A stretch of DNA of 64,000 nt from Isurus oxyrinchus (Eukaryota): the NCBI GenBank assembly GCA_026770705.1, contig JANJGN010000035.1, positions 7,626,001 through 7,690,000 on the forward strand, read 5' to 3'. Shown piece by piece: positions 12,330 to 25,544 of this stretch (the stretch's first letter is position 1; each line of letters starts with the position of its first letter). The notes under the pieces are model-generated. The model was not told the DNA's origin and made no database searches. It saw only the letters and a list, made by a program, of their open reading frames with translations. The translations under genes were made by a program, and so were the position numbers.

Positions 12330-13140
12330 CTTTTCACATTCGAAGAGTGCAGGCGGACCTGTATACTTGTAAGGGAGAAAGTCAGGGCTGCAGAGACCAA
12401 AACCAGACTGGGTGAACGTTTCGTGGAACATCTTTGTTCTGTCCACAAGCACGACCCAGACCTCCCTGCGCTTGTCATTCCAACACACTAACCTGTTCTC
12501 ATGCCCACATGTCCGTCGTTGGCCTGCAGCAATGTTTCAATGAAGCTGAATTCAAACTGAAGGAACAGCACCTCATCATCCGACTAGTTGCATTATATTG
12601 TTATGGAATGAATATTCAGTTAAGCAACTATAGATCATGAACTCGCTCCTTCATCTGCACCCCTTTTCCGATCCCCCTTCTTCCAATAATTTATATTAAT
12701 GTTTAATTTGCCACCTATTTCCAATAAATATAAATGTATTTTCCTCCATTATTTTATCTCTACCTTTTAGCCTATTTTGATGCCACCCCACCGCTACTAG
12801 GGCTACCTGTACCATGGTTGTCTTGCGTTCTACCCTTAATGTCCCTGTTAGCACATTTCTTAGATAACATCACCAACTGCAACACCTCTTTGTCCATTTG
12901 TCTATGACATGTTTTGGCAATCTCCACCTTCCATTGGCCCTTTTTCCAGCTCTACCTGCCCCAACCCCACCCCCTTAAAACAAATTATATTTCACCACTT
13001 TTCTATTTTTCCTTCAATCTGGTGAAGAGTCATTTGGACTCGAAAATTTGAATTTATCAGCAGCTGCTGTCAGACCAGTCGAATTTTTCCAGGTATTTTT
13101 GTTTTTGTTCTAAATTTCCAGTATCCGCGGTATTTTGCTA
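12330..13140 (+). mobile_element. Penelope-like element 3' part
   Basis: GIY-YIG C-terminal segment (CFNEAEFKLKEQHLIIRL). The 3' tail has CTGGTGAAGAGTC...GACTCGAAA and TTTTTCCAGG...TTTCCAGTATCCGCGG. Confidence 0.85.
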
Positions 13141-13296
13141 TAAGTCATGTGTCAGTGATATTTTCATAGGCCTGCCTGTCGGTATTTATTGCATTGATGC
13201 ACACAATAACAAATGGTTCAAAAAATGTTCTGATTTTATCGAGTATAATTTACCAAACATAATTAAATTGTTTGTATGAAATTTATTAACAGTGCT

Positions 13297-13384
13297 TCAT
13301 TCTGTATGAATAATCAAAGTATCCGCTATATGTGGTGGCTTAAGGTAGTTCTGCCCTTTTGACGAAAATTGATTGTTCTCCAAA
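13297..13384 (-). pseudogene. NLR terminal LRR exon
   Basis: Acceptor ctttttcag, then (I)LENNQFSSKGQNYLKPPHIADTLIIHTE*. Phase 2 matches the previous exon. AATAAA at 13282-13287 on the minus strand. Confidence 0.8.
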
Positions 13385-16300
13385 CTGAAAAAGATGGGAG
13401 CATACGGAATGCATGTCCACTCTATCATGCATTCTGAATAATGATGCTGCTATATTCCAACAATTACTATAACATTCATTGTTTACTCTGTTTTCGATGA
13501 TAAGACGCAGGCCGCATTAACATGGCCAGTGTTTTTTTTTGCCTATCAAGCATTGTTGTTAAGAAAATGGTGGCGCCTCAGTTTCCTGAACCACTGAATG
13601 TAAGCTGTCGGAAGATCAATAAGTTACTAATGAGAAACTTGTGAAGTATTCATGAGATCAAGAAAGAAAGAGTATCTGTTCCAAAGGAGGCTGCTCCTAA
13701 AAAAAGAGATGAGGACTTGCATGTCATGCTCATATGTCCGCATCATTCTGCTTCTTGTTAAGATGTTTCACGTTTTGATGATGTTCTCAAAGGTGACTTG
13801 CGGAGCTGAAAATGTCCATTCTAGTTATGTGAAACACTGACGCTAATGTGAGCCAGAGGAGCCGGAGGCTACCTTTAAGGAGGCCGATGGGGTGTGAACG
13901 ATTTGTCATATTTAGTTTAAAACAACTTGTGTGTGGTTAAAGCTGACGTCATTAAGTAATTTTGAATTATTTAAACATAATAACTTGAGTTTTTTAGATA
14001 CTGAATGCTTTTCTGAAATCAGGAGTTGAATTACTCAATGCTGACGCCCGAACAACAAGCCACTTTTTGGAGACCCATCCTGACAAATAGCACAGACCAG
14101 AGCAACTGGCCAAACTGATCAGCCAGTCTTGCTCCAGTCGGGCCTTCCAGCTTTCCTCACCTATATCCATCAGCCGGAACCTTACATTTCCTTTATATCC
14201 ATCATAACTTCCCCCTAAATGCGTGAAATGCTTTAATTGATATTTGGGATTTTGCTTATTAGGAAAACTAGCATTTATTGAACACGCATGATAAGGCGGT
14301 ACAGACAAAGCTGCACAAACACCATGCCCATGTGTGGAATGGCCACTCTAATTGTCGTTAGGAAGGGCTTTCCATATTATTGACCTAGTGACAGTGAAGG
14401 AACTGCAAAAACATTCCAAGTCACAATTATGTCAGTCTGGAAGTAGATATGGAAGGCAGTGGTCTTCATAAGCATCTACTGCCCTTGTCCTACTATGTGG
14501 TTTAGCTCACGGGTTTGGATGATACTGGCGAAGAGCATATTCACATAGCAATACATATTATTGCGTAAAATAAACATTCTGATGAAGCTTTTCCGCTTGA
14601 ACTCATAAGGTCATGTTCCCATGAATACAACATCTAATGGGAATCACGATTTAATTGCATGGGAATAGCTTCATGACTGTTTAGCGAAATGACACCTTTT
14701 GGTGGACGTGTTGATATAGAAAAACTCCCAAGCCTAGTTATGTGCCAAGCTTTATTTAAAACCAAATGAGGAGTTCGATATTTACTGGTAAGTGCATTAT
14801 CCAATCCTGTGATGAAAACACAGAATAGGACAATGCAGCAAGTGCTTGTGAACTTCACCGCCTTCAATATAATTGTGACTTGCGTTGCAGTTCCCTCACT
14901 GACACTAGGTCAAATTCATGGAACTCCCTTCCTAAGAACAAACACCGTAGCCCTGTACCACATGGACCACAGTGTTTCAGCAGGTCTCTCAGCACAGCCT
15001 TCTCAAGCACAGTACGGCATGTTCATTAAACGCTGGTTTCCACTGCTAAATGGTCAAGGAATTGATGCTGGTCAAACTTTGTTTATTTCAAATAGGTGGA
15101 ATGCGTTGACATACTCTTTATGTTTGTGAAAGGCAGGACCCAGTGTGCAAACCCATGTCATATCTACCAAGCCTAAGTGAGCCACATTGTGAGTGTGACT
15201 GATAATATTAAATTCCCGGCAGGGCAATTGTTACCACAATCAGTGTTGTCCAATCACTGAAACATGCCTGAATTTCGACACAATGTTACGAATTTTGCAA
15301 TTAGCTCTGAATAGAGTCAGTGGTTTAAATGTTCCAAAAAATCGAATGGTGTGAGCTGCTTGATGCAATGCAACAGTCATTGGGATTTATGGTGCACATA
15401 CCAGGCATTACAGCTGTACTGACATGCCACGTGACTCACATGTGTGATAGATCGAACGTCTTTCTGATTGGACAGTAGCATCCAGTTAGTGGTTAATAGT
15501 ACTGGTATACGAAATGTAGCGTGAAACGTCTATCTTCAACTGCTGATTAGTTTTAAAGGATAATTTAACCTTCCAGGGTAACTTAAAATAAACTGGGCAC
15601 GTTTCAGAAGCAAAAATGCTGACGTTAGGACCGTCCATATGTTTCCACGATTGTTAATTGCTAAATCAAAGTCACCCAGGCATACACAACGGTTACCCAC
15701 AAAACGACTCTATTGTCACTTTCTACAAAACGTGAAGGTTGCAAAGAAGCAAGCTATTCTTAATGATGAATCAAAATTTGTATCTATTGCCACTTCTGCT
15801 TAACCTAACGCTATAATCTTGATTAAAAAGAAGTTACTCAACAGCTGGTTGGATTTTTGTAAGCGTAACGATCCGCATGGTGCTGTCAGCCTATTGTTCC
15901 TTGATGACTATTTTGGATAGCGTAGAGAGAAGGACTTTCTAGGGCCATCTGACGTTTCTCTGATCATTTTGCTTTCGCGTTATTGACACAGCAGGATGTT
16001 TAGTGCCGCATACGCTAGGTCAATTATGGTTCAAGCACATTTCTCCAAATTTCAAAACTCATTTTGTGGAGACCATGTAATGATGGCTTGTTTACTTTTG
16101 TGAAGGCAATCGTTCATCAAGTTGTTTCTACGCACTTTTCTTAAGCTTCAGCGAACACGAAGGAGACAGGAGCTATGATATTTTCTTGTTTTTTAAACAA
16201 TCCTCATTAAAAAAAAAAACACAAACTGTTGCAATGTTTTTCACTTTGTGTTACCTCGGTTTTTGGAAATATAATGAATAGCCTAGCAACAATCTCATCA

Positions 16301-16434
16301 TGCTACCATCCCTGTAAGTTATTTCACCACGGAATTTTGAATTCTCATATCAAAAATCTGAGATGGAAATCGTGCAGAAATATATTCCATGTTCGAAGCA
16401 GCATGAAATTAAGAAGCACATAATCCAAATTCAC

Positions 16435-16625
16435 ATAATTTCTTTCAGATACACGTTCTTACGGCTGAGTTCCTGAAATGCAGGAATAGAGTTGTCAGTC
16501 AGCAAGTTAGCCTCATCGCCCTCCGACTTGCCATACTCAGGTCCAGATGCATCAATGAGCGATTTAACATGAGAGCAGAGGTCAAGTTCTCCAAGCAAGC
16601 ATCTGTGAGATTGTTAGATTGTAAC
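16435..16625 (-). pseudogene. NLR penultimate LRR exon (1-nt frameshift)
   Basis: cacaacag, then LQSNNLTDACLENLTSALMLNRSLMHLDLS/..GDEANLLTDNSIPAFQELSRKNVYLKEI, then gtgaat. Length is 191 nt, one short of a multiple of three. Confidence 0.85.
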
Positions 16626-16901
16626 CTGTTGTGAAGGAAAAACTATTTTGTCATAATAGTAACGGCGAGCACAAATCACATTAGATATTATGAACAAACA
16701 ATATTTTATAATTTGAACATTCGCAGGAAAAGCTTGCTCATGCACAATCCAATTTAGTTAGCATCATAATTATTGCCATACAAGATAAATCAAAACCAGT
16801 ATTTCTTAATAATTATTGCCACCATATGTATTGTTGTAACAATTCACTATCTTCTATTCTGCATATTTGTGCTTCCCGATATTTTAAAGCCAATTACTCA
16901 C

Positions 16902-16988
16902 ACCAATCTCTGTATTGCACAATCCGTTCTCTTCAGAGCAGCAGAGATCTGTTCCATTCCCGAATCTCCAATTCCATTTTCATTCAGC
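16902..16988 (-). pseudogene. NLR LRR exon (87 nt)
   Basis: gattag, then LNENGIGDSGMEQISAALKRTDCAIQRL, then gtgagt. Ribonuclease-inhibitor-type LRR, phase 2-2. Confidence 0.9.
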
Positions 16989-17609
16989 CTAATCATACAA
17001 AAACAGAATGAATAATTGCTATGGAATTATGCATCAGTTTGCAAAAGTTCGCAAATAAGCAATATGTTTAACTGGAGGCACGCCGGTCATTGAGATGTGA
17101 ATAGAATACTTTCCATCCAAATGAAATAGCTAAGCGGGCATGGGGCGGAAGTATTCAGCAATGCTATAATGTGTTTTAATGTATTTTTCAGACGGGCAAA
17201 TTATCCAACATTCAGTTTATCAATCCTTGTTTCAGGCATCTCACCGTACCTTAATACAGAGCCAATGCTGCTTGTGGGTGGGGGGAGTGGTGTAGCTCAA
17301 AGACAAACGTAATTGGGCTGTGGTGTATGGTATTTTATTTAAAGGTTAAAGTGAGCTGGAAATTGGCCTTCCCCGTGGTTTTCTGCTTGGACAGAGATAT
17401 CTGAGTGTTTCTGTGCATAGTTGCTTAAATTTGGCAGAATAATTTGAGAGTGTATTTGCAAAAGCATATTGTGTCTTATGTTTCATAAATGGACGAACTT
17501 TGCCTTCATGGATGAACGTTATGCTGAACATATTTGAAGTGTTAGTTGTGACGCAACTAAAATATTGTGCCAACTTATATATCCATTCTTTAAGACGTTT
17601 ATTTATTAT

Positions 17610-18500
17610 TCTTTAAACTTTCATGGGTGGTGTGCAGCACGGAAAAGGCCAAAATATCTTGCCCATGCAGAATTACCGCTGAATTGAATTCACTGAGCTG
17701 CCTTCATGGCTACTGCAGCAGATTTAGTACAGGCACTCTCACAATACTGTTCGGAAGGATGTTCCAGAATTTTGATCCTGCAATAGTGAGGGAACCAAGA
17801 TATAGTTTCAAGTTCGAATGTCTTGTGGCGAGTTTCGCATTCTGCTGAGGAAGTATACTTTTGCGTCTACTGCCATTAGCCAATTAGTTGGCACAGGTTG
17901 TAGTTGTGGAAGGGGCTATGAAATGAGTCTTGGTGAATTGATGCATTACATTGTATTGATAATAACTGCCAATGTGCATCGATGGTGGAGTGGATGCTTG
18001 TCAAAGTAGGAAAGTGGAGTGCTGACCCAGCGGACTCTTTTGAAGAGGATGATGTCGACGTTATTCATCTTTGCTGTGTTGCCGAATGCATGCAGGAAAT
18101 TCGTGGGTGTTTCAACACGCTGTTGACTTCAGCATCCTAAATGGCCAACCGCCTTTGAGGAGTCCTGAGGTGTGTTACTCACCTGGAAATTCGCATGTAT
18201 TTACTTGGTCTTGTAAGCCTAGTATATACAAACATAGGCCCTTTCTTTTTCTGGTTAATTACAACCCCAGAATGGTGACAGAGGGAGCATTCATCTATGA
18301 CACTTCCATTGCATGTCACTTTTATGAGCGCGTTTGGTAGAGTGCAGAGCATAATTTCCAGATTGGTCACATGTATGGGGATTTGAGAAATATAATGTTG
18401 AATAATCTGCGCATGCTTTCCTTGGAACCTCGCAATTTGAGTGGAGGTCTGATACAGTTGGGACATGGGTTTATTGAGTTGGGTCAAAATATAATATCCT
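17610..18500 (-). mobile_element. Decayed LINE 3' fragment in NLR intron
   Basis: Reverse complement parallels the 3' region of 25545-28560. Confidence 0.65.
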
Positions 18501-19274
18501 CGTTAGCTGGTATTAAATAAGATCAAAGAGGCACATATTGAAATTTTTGACCTAAATATGCAGTGAAAATGCGAGGAGGAAAAGTTTTACAGAACGATTG
18601 GTTAATATGTTAGTGCCTGCGAGATTCACAGCAGTACACACGATCACTGAAATCAACAATTCAGTTCATAAATATTTGAGGAAAATAAACCTAATTGGAA
18701 ATAACACATCACGGAGAAAAGGGGCTGATTGAATTGCTATATTAGCTTCTGCACGTACACATTGGAAGAAATGGCATCCATATGCACTGTACTCAAGTTA
18801 TGACTATGATTTAAGAGGATAAATTCTGAGACTTCGTGTAACAGAAGACAGAATATTGGTAAGAGGAATGGAATAAATGCTCTAAGTGCAGAAATTTTCA
18901 GTTATTTCAAAGCAAAGTGGAGTGTCACGTGCTGACAACTGCACGTTTGGTGGAGTTCCCTCTGATTCTGGAGAGCGAACTGTTCTCCCAGTAGAAACTA
19001 GCATAATCTGATTAGATCAAAATGGAGTACATCACACTGCTAAAATTTGATTCCAATGTATTATATTTGCGCACAGGAAGCAGAAGTGATGTTTCCAACC
19101 ACCATTCCGATATATTTAAAATGCGTGAAGGTGTCTTCTGATGCTATTCAAATGTCTACTGCGGTGCATTTTTCACCTGTTGTTTTAGCCGGAATTGCTA
19201 TAGCAGGAAATATCCCAATATGTAATACAACAGTTCTTGATAAAAACGGTCATTTAACACTTTTGATGAATTAC

Positions 19275-20984
19275 CTGTGTATGCTTACTTTAGGCAGTAT
19301 GAGTTCCAGCTGATAATTGCCCTCCAGTTGTACATTAGAAGTACTGAGGACAAGATCTTCAATCAGCTCAACAACCATTAATGAGCTTGCGAGAACCGCA
19401 CAATCAGATGGTTTTAGGTTAATTTTTGTGAATTTCATTATCTTCAGCGGTGATAATGAGTCCGTCATCAGATTTCTGTTCCCAATTCATGAAAGTAATG
19501 CAATATCTGTAAGATCGTGTTTTGGTTTCGCTTATCCTCCAAGTTATGAACAAGTCGTTTGTAGCTTTCTTTGAGCCAATCCGACAAATACGAGGGTGTT
19601 TCTGGATGCAATTCACACAATTCGCAATCAAGGTTTGCAACTGAATCCCCTGATGAAAGGCCAAAAAAAAATCGTGAAATCATCTCGAATCTATTGTCAG
19701 GGCACGAGGACCATGCCTGAAATATACGCACCAAATCATTTCCTGGTGTAATTCGAATTGTCTTAAATGCTGCGACAAAGTCCTGCATCAGCAAATAGGT
19801 AAATGTGCAGACAACACTGGACTGATCTTTGTCTTGAATTTCCATCATAACTGTTGCCGTAATTCTGGAAAGATGGATGTTGTACTCATTGACTTGATGA
19901 GCCTTAAACACAACAACATTGTTGCGAATTCCCTCGTAGGCCAATTCACCTAGTTTTAGCAACTCCTTGTTTGAATTCACTGCGGCACAACCACTTCTAT
20001 TTAAAACGCCTGTGAAGTAAGCTGAGATGAACCGTGTGCTCTGCGTGAATAGAAATTTCCAATTTCCTTTTGACAAGTATATTTCCAATACTGAACAAAA
20101 GACTGAGAAGTACAAAGGGTTATAACACATGCCACACAATATTTCATTATGCTCAATTTATTTGATTACATCTGTAGCAGGTTGTCCATCGCCAAGATAC
20201 TGCCGAAAATATTGTCTTGTTGTCTCGGGGGTGAAACCCAGCATTTCGCCGAATACATTTATTTGTGCCTTTTCTAAAGATTTTAGTTTCCAAGGACGGC
20301 TTGTTGCAAGCAAAGAGCAACCTTTCAACAACTGACCTTTTATAATGCAGCGCACAATATCAGTTGTTACGTAATAGCACTCAAGATCGATACATTGAGT
20401 TTGGAGATCCTTCTCACTTTGTGTATCGGCAAAATCGATGATTGGCTCAATTTGATTTAAATCGTCAATTATAAACAATATTTTTGCTGGTTCATTCCAC
20501 AGTTGTTCCAATCGGTTATCAAAATTGGGGAAGTAATCAAGGATCAGATCATTTAAACTTGTTCTCCCCACTACTGAATTCAAATGTCGAACTATAAAAG
20601 GAAGAACAAATTGAAATTGTTGCCATATTTTCCTCTCGGACCAGTCATGAATTGTTTTCTGAATCATGGTGCTTTTTCCAATTCGGATGGCCCCAATGAT
20701 CACCATGGTGTAAGACGTTCTTGTGCCAGCCGAACTGTTTTCCATTAAATGGGAGAGCTGAACTACTTTTGGAGCTTTCCCCAAGATAATTGGCTCTAAT
20801 TCTCTACCTAGGACATTGGGTTATTTTCCCACAATTCCCAGCGAACGCAAATGAGAAACAATCCTTACTTCATCGTACATTTCATCCAAACAAAGTCTTC
20901 TGTAGTTTTTGCTGCTTATTATATTATGCACTGTCACCATCATATTCTTCTTGCGAAGGTTTTCTTTGTGCTGTATCTCTATTT
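19275..20984 (-). pseudogene. NACHT exon of an NLRC3/NLRP-like gene; two in-frame stops and one frameshift
   Basis: Acceptor tttactcaag, then EIEIQHKENLRK. Walker A-like GAIRIGKSTMIQKTIHDW; Walker B-like KILFIIDDLNQI; LLKGCSLLATSRP; EMLGF; CYNP; FTYLLMQDFVAA; RFEMISRFFFGL; LKPSDCAVL. TAA at 20821-20823 and 20158-20160; frameshift near 19480; donor AG|gtaatt at 19275. Confidence 0.93.
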
Positions 20985-21589
20985 CTTGAGTAAATATAAG
21001 TAACAACGTAATTATTGTAGGCATGGTAATTCACAAGACAAACATTCGAAGAGCACTTCCGTAGAAAGAGGAAGTACACTTGTAGCGATATATGTTTAAG
21101 GAAAACAAACTGTTGGGAAAAAAAAACGAGATCTGAACATTGGGATGTCACATTATGGCAGAAGATGCAAACGGCAATCATGCCACCTTACACTTTGGGC
21201 GAACAAAATGCAGATTTCAACATTTAGATTTCTCGTCACAATTAATTGAAAAATACTTTTGAGTGTGCATGCCCATAGCACAGCCATATATAATGCTTCT
21301 CACCAAAATAAGAGGCCAGCATGTTATTGCAGTAGTGAAATGCAACGAGATCGAAATATTTTTAGAGCAGCGGGTATTTTACATTCAGAATGGCGCCTGA
21401 GTACAGTGATAAAAATGTGTCAACAGATTCTCTGAAATAATTAATTATATCAGCGGCTATGAAATAAAGGACTATCACGTGCCCGAGCCCTCTAAGTTAT
21501 GGGATGTTTCATTATTTATTACAGCTGGAAAGGCAGTATATGAATTATCACACAGAAGCAAAATTTATGGTTTGCCTGAAGATTTCAAT

Positions 21590-22760
21590 AAGAAGAAAAT
21601 TTGGTAAATATTCCATAATTTATCAGAGCCTGTGGGTAATGAAACTGAGTTAACATTTCGGCACTATGACGGTTCATTGGAAGACTGAAAAGCTTGAAGT
21701 GTCATAGGTTCTGAAGAAGTGAAAAGACGGACTGTAGGATAAATCAAAGTGGAAGAACTGCGCGAGAGTGAAGGACAGGAAAGAGTAACAGGGCAATAAA
21801 GCATTCATGTGCAATGCCAAATAAATGTAAGATAACAAGTTAGCAAATAAAATATGTTGTTAAAGAAGCTTGGATAGCTATATAGCTGCCTCCAGGCACA
21901 AGTTATTATAGAGAGAAAAGAAAGAAAACGGAAATCAGCAAAAGAAAAACAAATCAACAGAAGCAGGATTAGCAGATTGATAATGAGTTGAATTCAAAAG
22001 TGTTATCATTCGCAATAGGCAAGTAGTTTATCCTTTCTCGTCACATTGACCTGGAAATTCAGTCGACTATTTCAGCAAGCCGAGGCTTGGAATCACAAAA
22101 TGGAAGCATGGGATGTCAACAAATTAGTGGCGACTGAAAGCTTAGAGTTAAATTATCGACCACATGGCGTTGTACTGCAATGCGGTCAGGAAGGCTGTAT
22201 ATTGTCTGATTATCTTAGAGAAGTCTGCAACTTCACCAATTAATACGATTTTTAAAATTTGAAAAAAAAAGTGGGAATCACTCTTTCAAGAGGAATGTGC
22301 GTTCTGGACATTTGATGGCAAAAAGGGAAGAGACAAAATGTCAATAGTTGCAATTGTTGTATTTGAAAGTCAAGGCTCTAGGCAGTGACAATGGGACTTG
22401 TTGTGCCTCCATTCAACAAGTTAACAAATAATTATCAGATCGGAGAACTTGATGATGTGTCAACAAAAAAAATGTTAGTTCTGTTCTTCTCTTCAGATGT
22501 TGCTGAACTACTATGTGCTTATCCACGTGTTACTTTGTTGTTACAAGCGTAAATAAGACTTGTTGAAGAGAGATCCGCTTCGATGGTGACAAAGGACATT
22601 CTTTGCGCCAGAAAAAGCAAGGTGCTGATATGGCAGAAGACTTAGAATATTGTGTGGATATAGACTGCAAGGGATTGGACAACAGCAGAAAATACGTTCC
22701 ACGAAAGCAGAAATTAGTTCATTGGGGCAGGAACATGGGATGGGGCTACCTCCATACTAA
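21590..22760 (-). mobile_element. Decayed Penelope-like element
   Basis: Reverse-oriented tail (GAAACTGAGTTAACATTTCGG) and GIY-YIG/RT-like remnants, similar to 10100-11450. Confidence 0.55.
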
Positions 22761-25454
22761 TTCCTAAGGAACTGATACTGAGTTAAAAATGGAGTTTTCT
22801 GCAATCAGCAAGTGTGAGGTTGCAGGCCACTTAGGGAAGATCACCAAACAAATTATGTTACTGGAAATCCTGAAAACAATAGTTTGATGATCGATTGGTG
22901 TTGTTATGATCATTGTTGGGAAGTGGAGGCATGAGCAAGCAATAGAAAGTTGATGTTCCATATCTGCTAGGTTTTCCAGCCAGCAACCAAATTGCCTTGA
23001 TATGCATGTTTTTTGCTAAACTTAACCTTAGACCTGGGCTGACAGAGTCCCCAAAATTCTGGCAGCGTTTGGGAGAATGGAGGGATGGGAACAAATACAT
23101 TTACAGTTCAATGTCATGGCAAATCAATGAAAACGGATCCAGGGAACATGAGAATACAGACCTACAGTCTAGGGGAAATCCTTGGCATAATAAGCAAATT
23201 CATTACCGAAAGCGATGAAAAAAGTAGTCAACATTATGCCAATTTTTATTTCGTAGATCAGTTAATTTTTTAAGCAAATTAAGGAATTGAATTAGTAAAG
23301 GAAATGCTAATGTGTGTCAGAGCTGGTAGAAAAGGCTTATAGCAATTTCACAAAAGTGGGAAGAGAATGGAAACTGGGAATATGATAGGGGGAGTAACAA
23401 GGAAGAAGGGACCCCAGGCAGTTAGTACCACTTAGTTATTTAAGGTTCCTATGGCTCACCCCTGAAAGGCAGATGGACACATTTTTCTTCAAGGCTTGTA
23501 TGAAGCGTGGAATGAAGTGAAGGTTTGAACTGGGGAAGATTTGAGATGTTGTGAGGTGCTGCAACATAAGAGGTAGCCAGGTAATGTCCTTGTAATGTTG
23601 TATGACTTTTGGCGCAGTTCTAACATTTGTACCCCACTGTTGTATTTCTTAATTGTATCCTTATTATTAGCGACTACTTTTGTCATTAGTGTACCTTCGT
23701 TACCAAAATGTCTGAAAGTTTTAAGGTTCCCAGGACTATTCAAGGAAGCCAAATATGGAAATTATTTACTGTCAATGCGTGATCAGCTTGCAGCTATGTC
23801 ACAGTAACAATCATTGCACCGTGTCCTCGATGATGATGAAGTGACTATTTTAATTACATTATGTCTGATAACACATACATTAGTATATAAAATTCGAATT
23901 GTGGAAAACAATGCAACATGTTATTTGTCTCGATGCGGCCTATGTCATTGTATAAGTTAACGTGGTTCCTGATAATCACATAAGTTGCATCCAGTGTTAC
24001 CATTTTTTTTTTCTGAGATGTTATCCTGTTGTAGATTTATCACTGTTTCAGTCGTTGAGAACACCTTTTACAGATGATCTAAAATAAAATGCCATTTCAA
24101 CAAGATAATATTATTAATTACCTTATCTTTTGCAGCCTACCACAACATGAAAGCACACATTCCCGCTCTCCATGCCTCGACCACCACTCCACCCCTTCGT
24201 CCGCAACACCACCACCACATCTCCATTCAATTATAAATCTACGGCGCCTTCTTAAATTATGCTTTTTTTCCCTTCCATTTCAGACTTGTCCGAGTCGATT
24301 TAAGATCCAGGCCACAAAAGCAGCAGAAAGTGTATGCTTTCCCATTACTTCTAGCAGTATTGCATAAAGATGAAACTTTGCTGCCCAGATCACTCCGGTA
24401 GCCAGGTTTCCATCTTTTCTCATTTTTGAAATGTAATTAACAGAACTGACGTAGTATAAGGATTCTAATAGTTCCCCAAATATTGAATGTCATCGCTGTG
24501 GTGTGTTCACAATTGTGTCCCCTTTTTCTTGAACATGACTCAGGATCATCCATACAATATTCAAATGGCCTAAATGCCGCCTTGAGTTATCATTGGCGTC
24601 AAATGGAAAATGCTGCACTTGGGTCTACAACCGTAGCTGAAGAGGAACTATTGATTTGTTTGCAAAGCCAGCGGTTATGTTCTATTCTTGCTTTCCACTT
24701 TGAAAAGCCAATAGCTCCATCGTGAAACTTCATTGATCAACTTTGTAGTTGTCCTCATTTATTTTCCCCCAAGTGCATTTTACCTTTCCATTAGAAAAGT
24801 TTCTGGTGGAACACTAACTGATCACTCCTTAATCCTTGATTTCCTGTTGTCCCGGTCTGAAATTCTCCCATTGCAGTACCTTTTCTTTAGACTGCTGTGT
24901 GACTGCACTATAAAAAACAAACTAAAAGGAAATTCCTTCCGCCCTTGAATGTATGAGAGTATTCTTGCACTCCAGCTAAGCAAATATGAGAAGAGAAGTT
25001 TAGAGACAGAGACATTACATGGCCAAAACGCAATTCAGAAATTAACCATTTTCACAAGCTCCAGCATAGGAGCTTCCATAAACCTAATTTTAATTGTAAT
25101 TTAAACTTGGTATCATGTAATTGTGGAATCGAACCACACACGTTATCTTTGTTGGCTCTTTGGCACTGATTTAAATTCTGTAATAGGAATATGCTTAACC
25201 AACAGAAACATATAAAACAAAATCTGGCAACTTTCCAGTGCACACTTCCAAATGACTGTTCTATCAGGTTTGGGCAAACTTACTCGTCCTGCAGAAGAAA
25301 ACTGAACATATTTTTTTGCCAAAAACGGTCCCTCAGTGCACGGCGTTTAAATGTTGACAGTAACGTTACATCACTGTTCTAAGGTTAACAAAACTGTTGC
25401 AGTAGAAAAAATCTTCTTGCTTCGTGTATCAGTATGCTTATCATTTTCAGAGGC

Positions 25455-25540
25455 TGTCTATCTATCTATGTATATATCTATCTATCTATCTTTCTATCTA
25501 TCTATATATGTATATATCTATCTATCCATCTATTTATTTG
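25455..25540. repeat. (TATC)n microsatellite
   Basis: Imperfect TATC/TATA repeats. Confidence 0.95.
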
Positions 25541-25544
25541 TAAT

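Noticed and set aside
25284-25378. Candidate linker exon between CARD and NACHT (ttag...ga|gtaagt)
   Set aside because: It has a good donor, but the phase needed to join the NACHT exon contains a stop and the peptide is unrecognisable.
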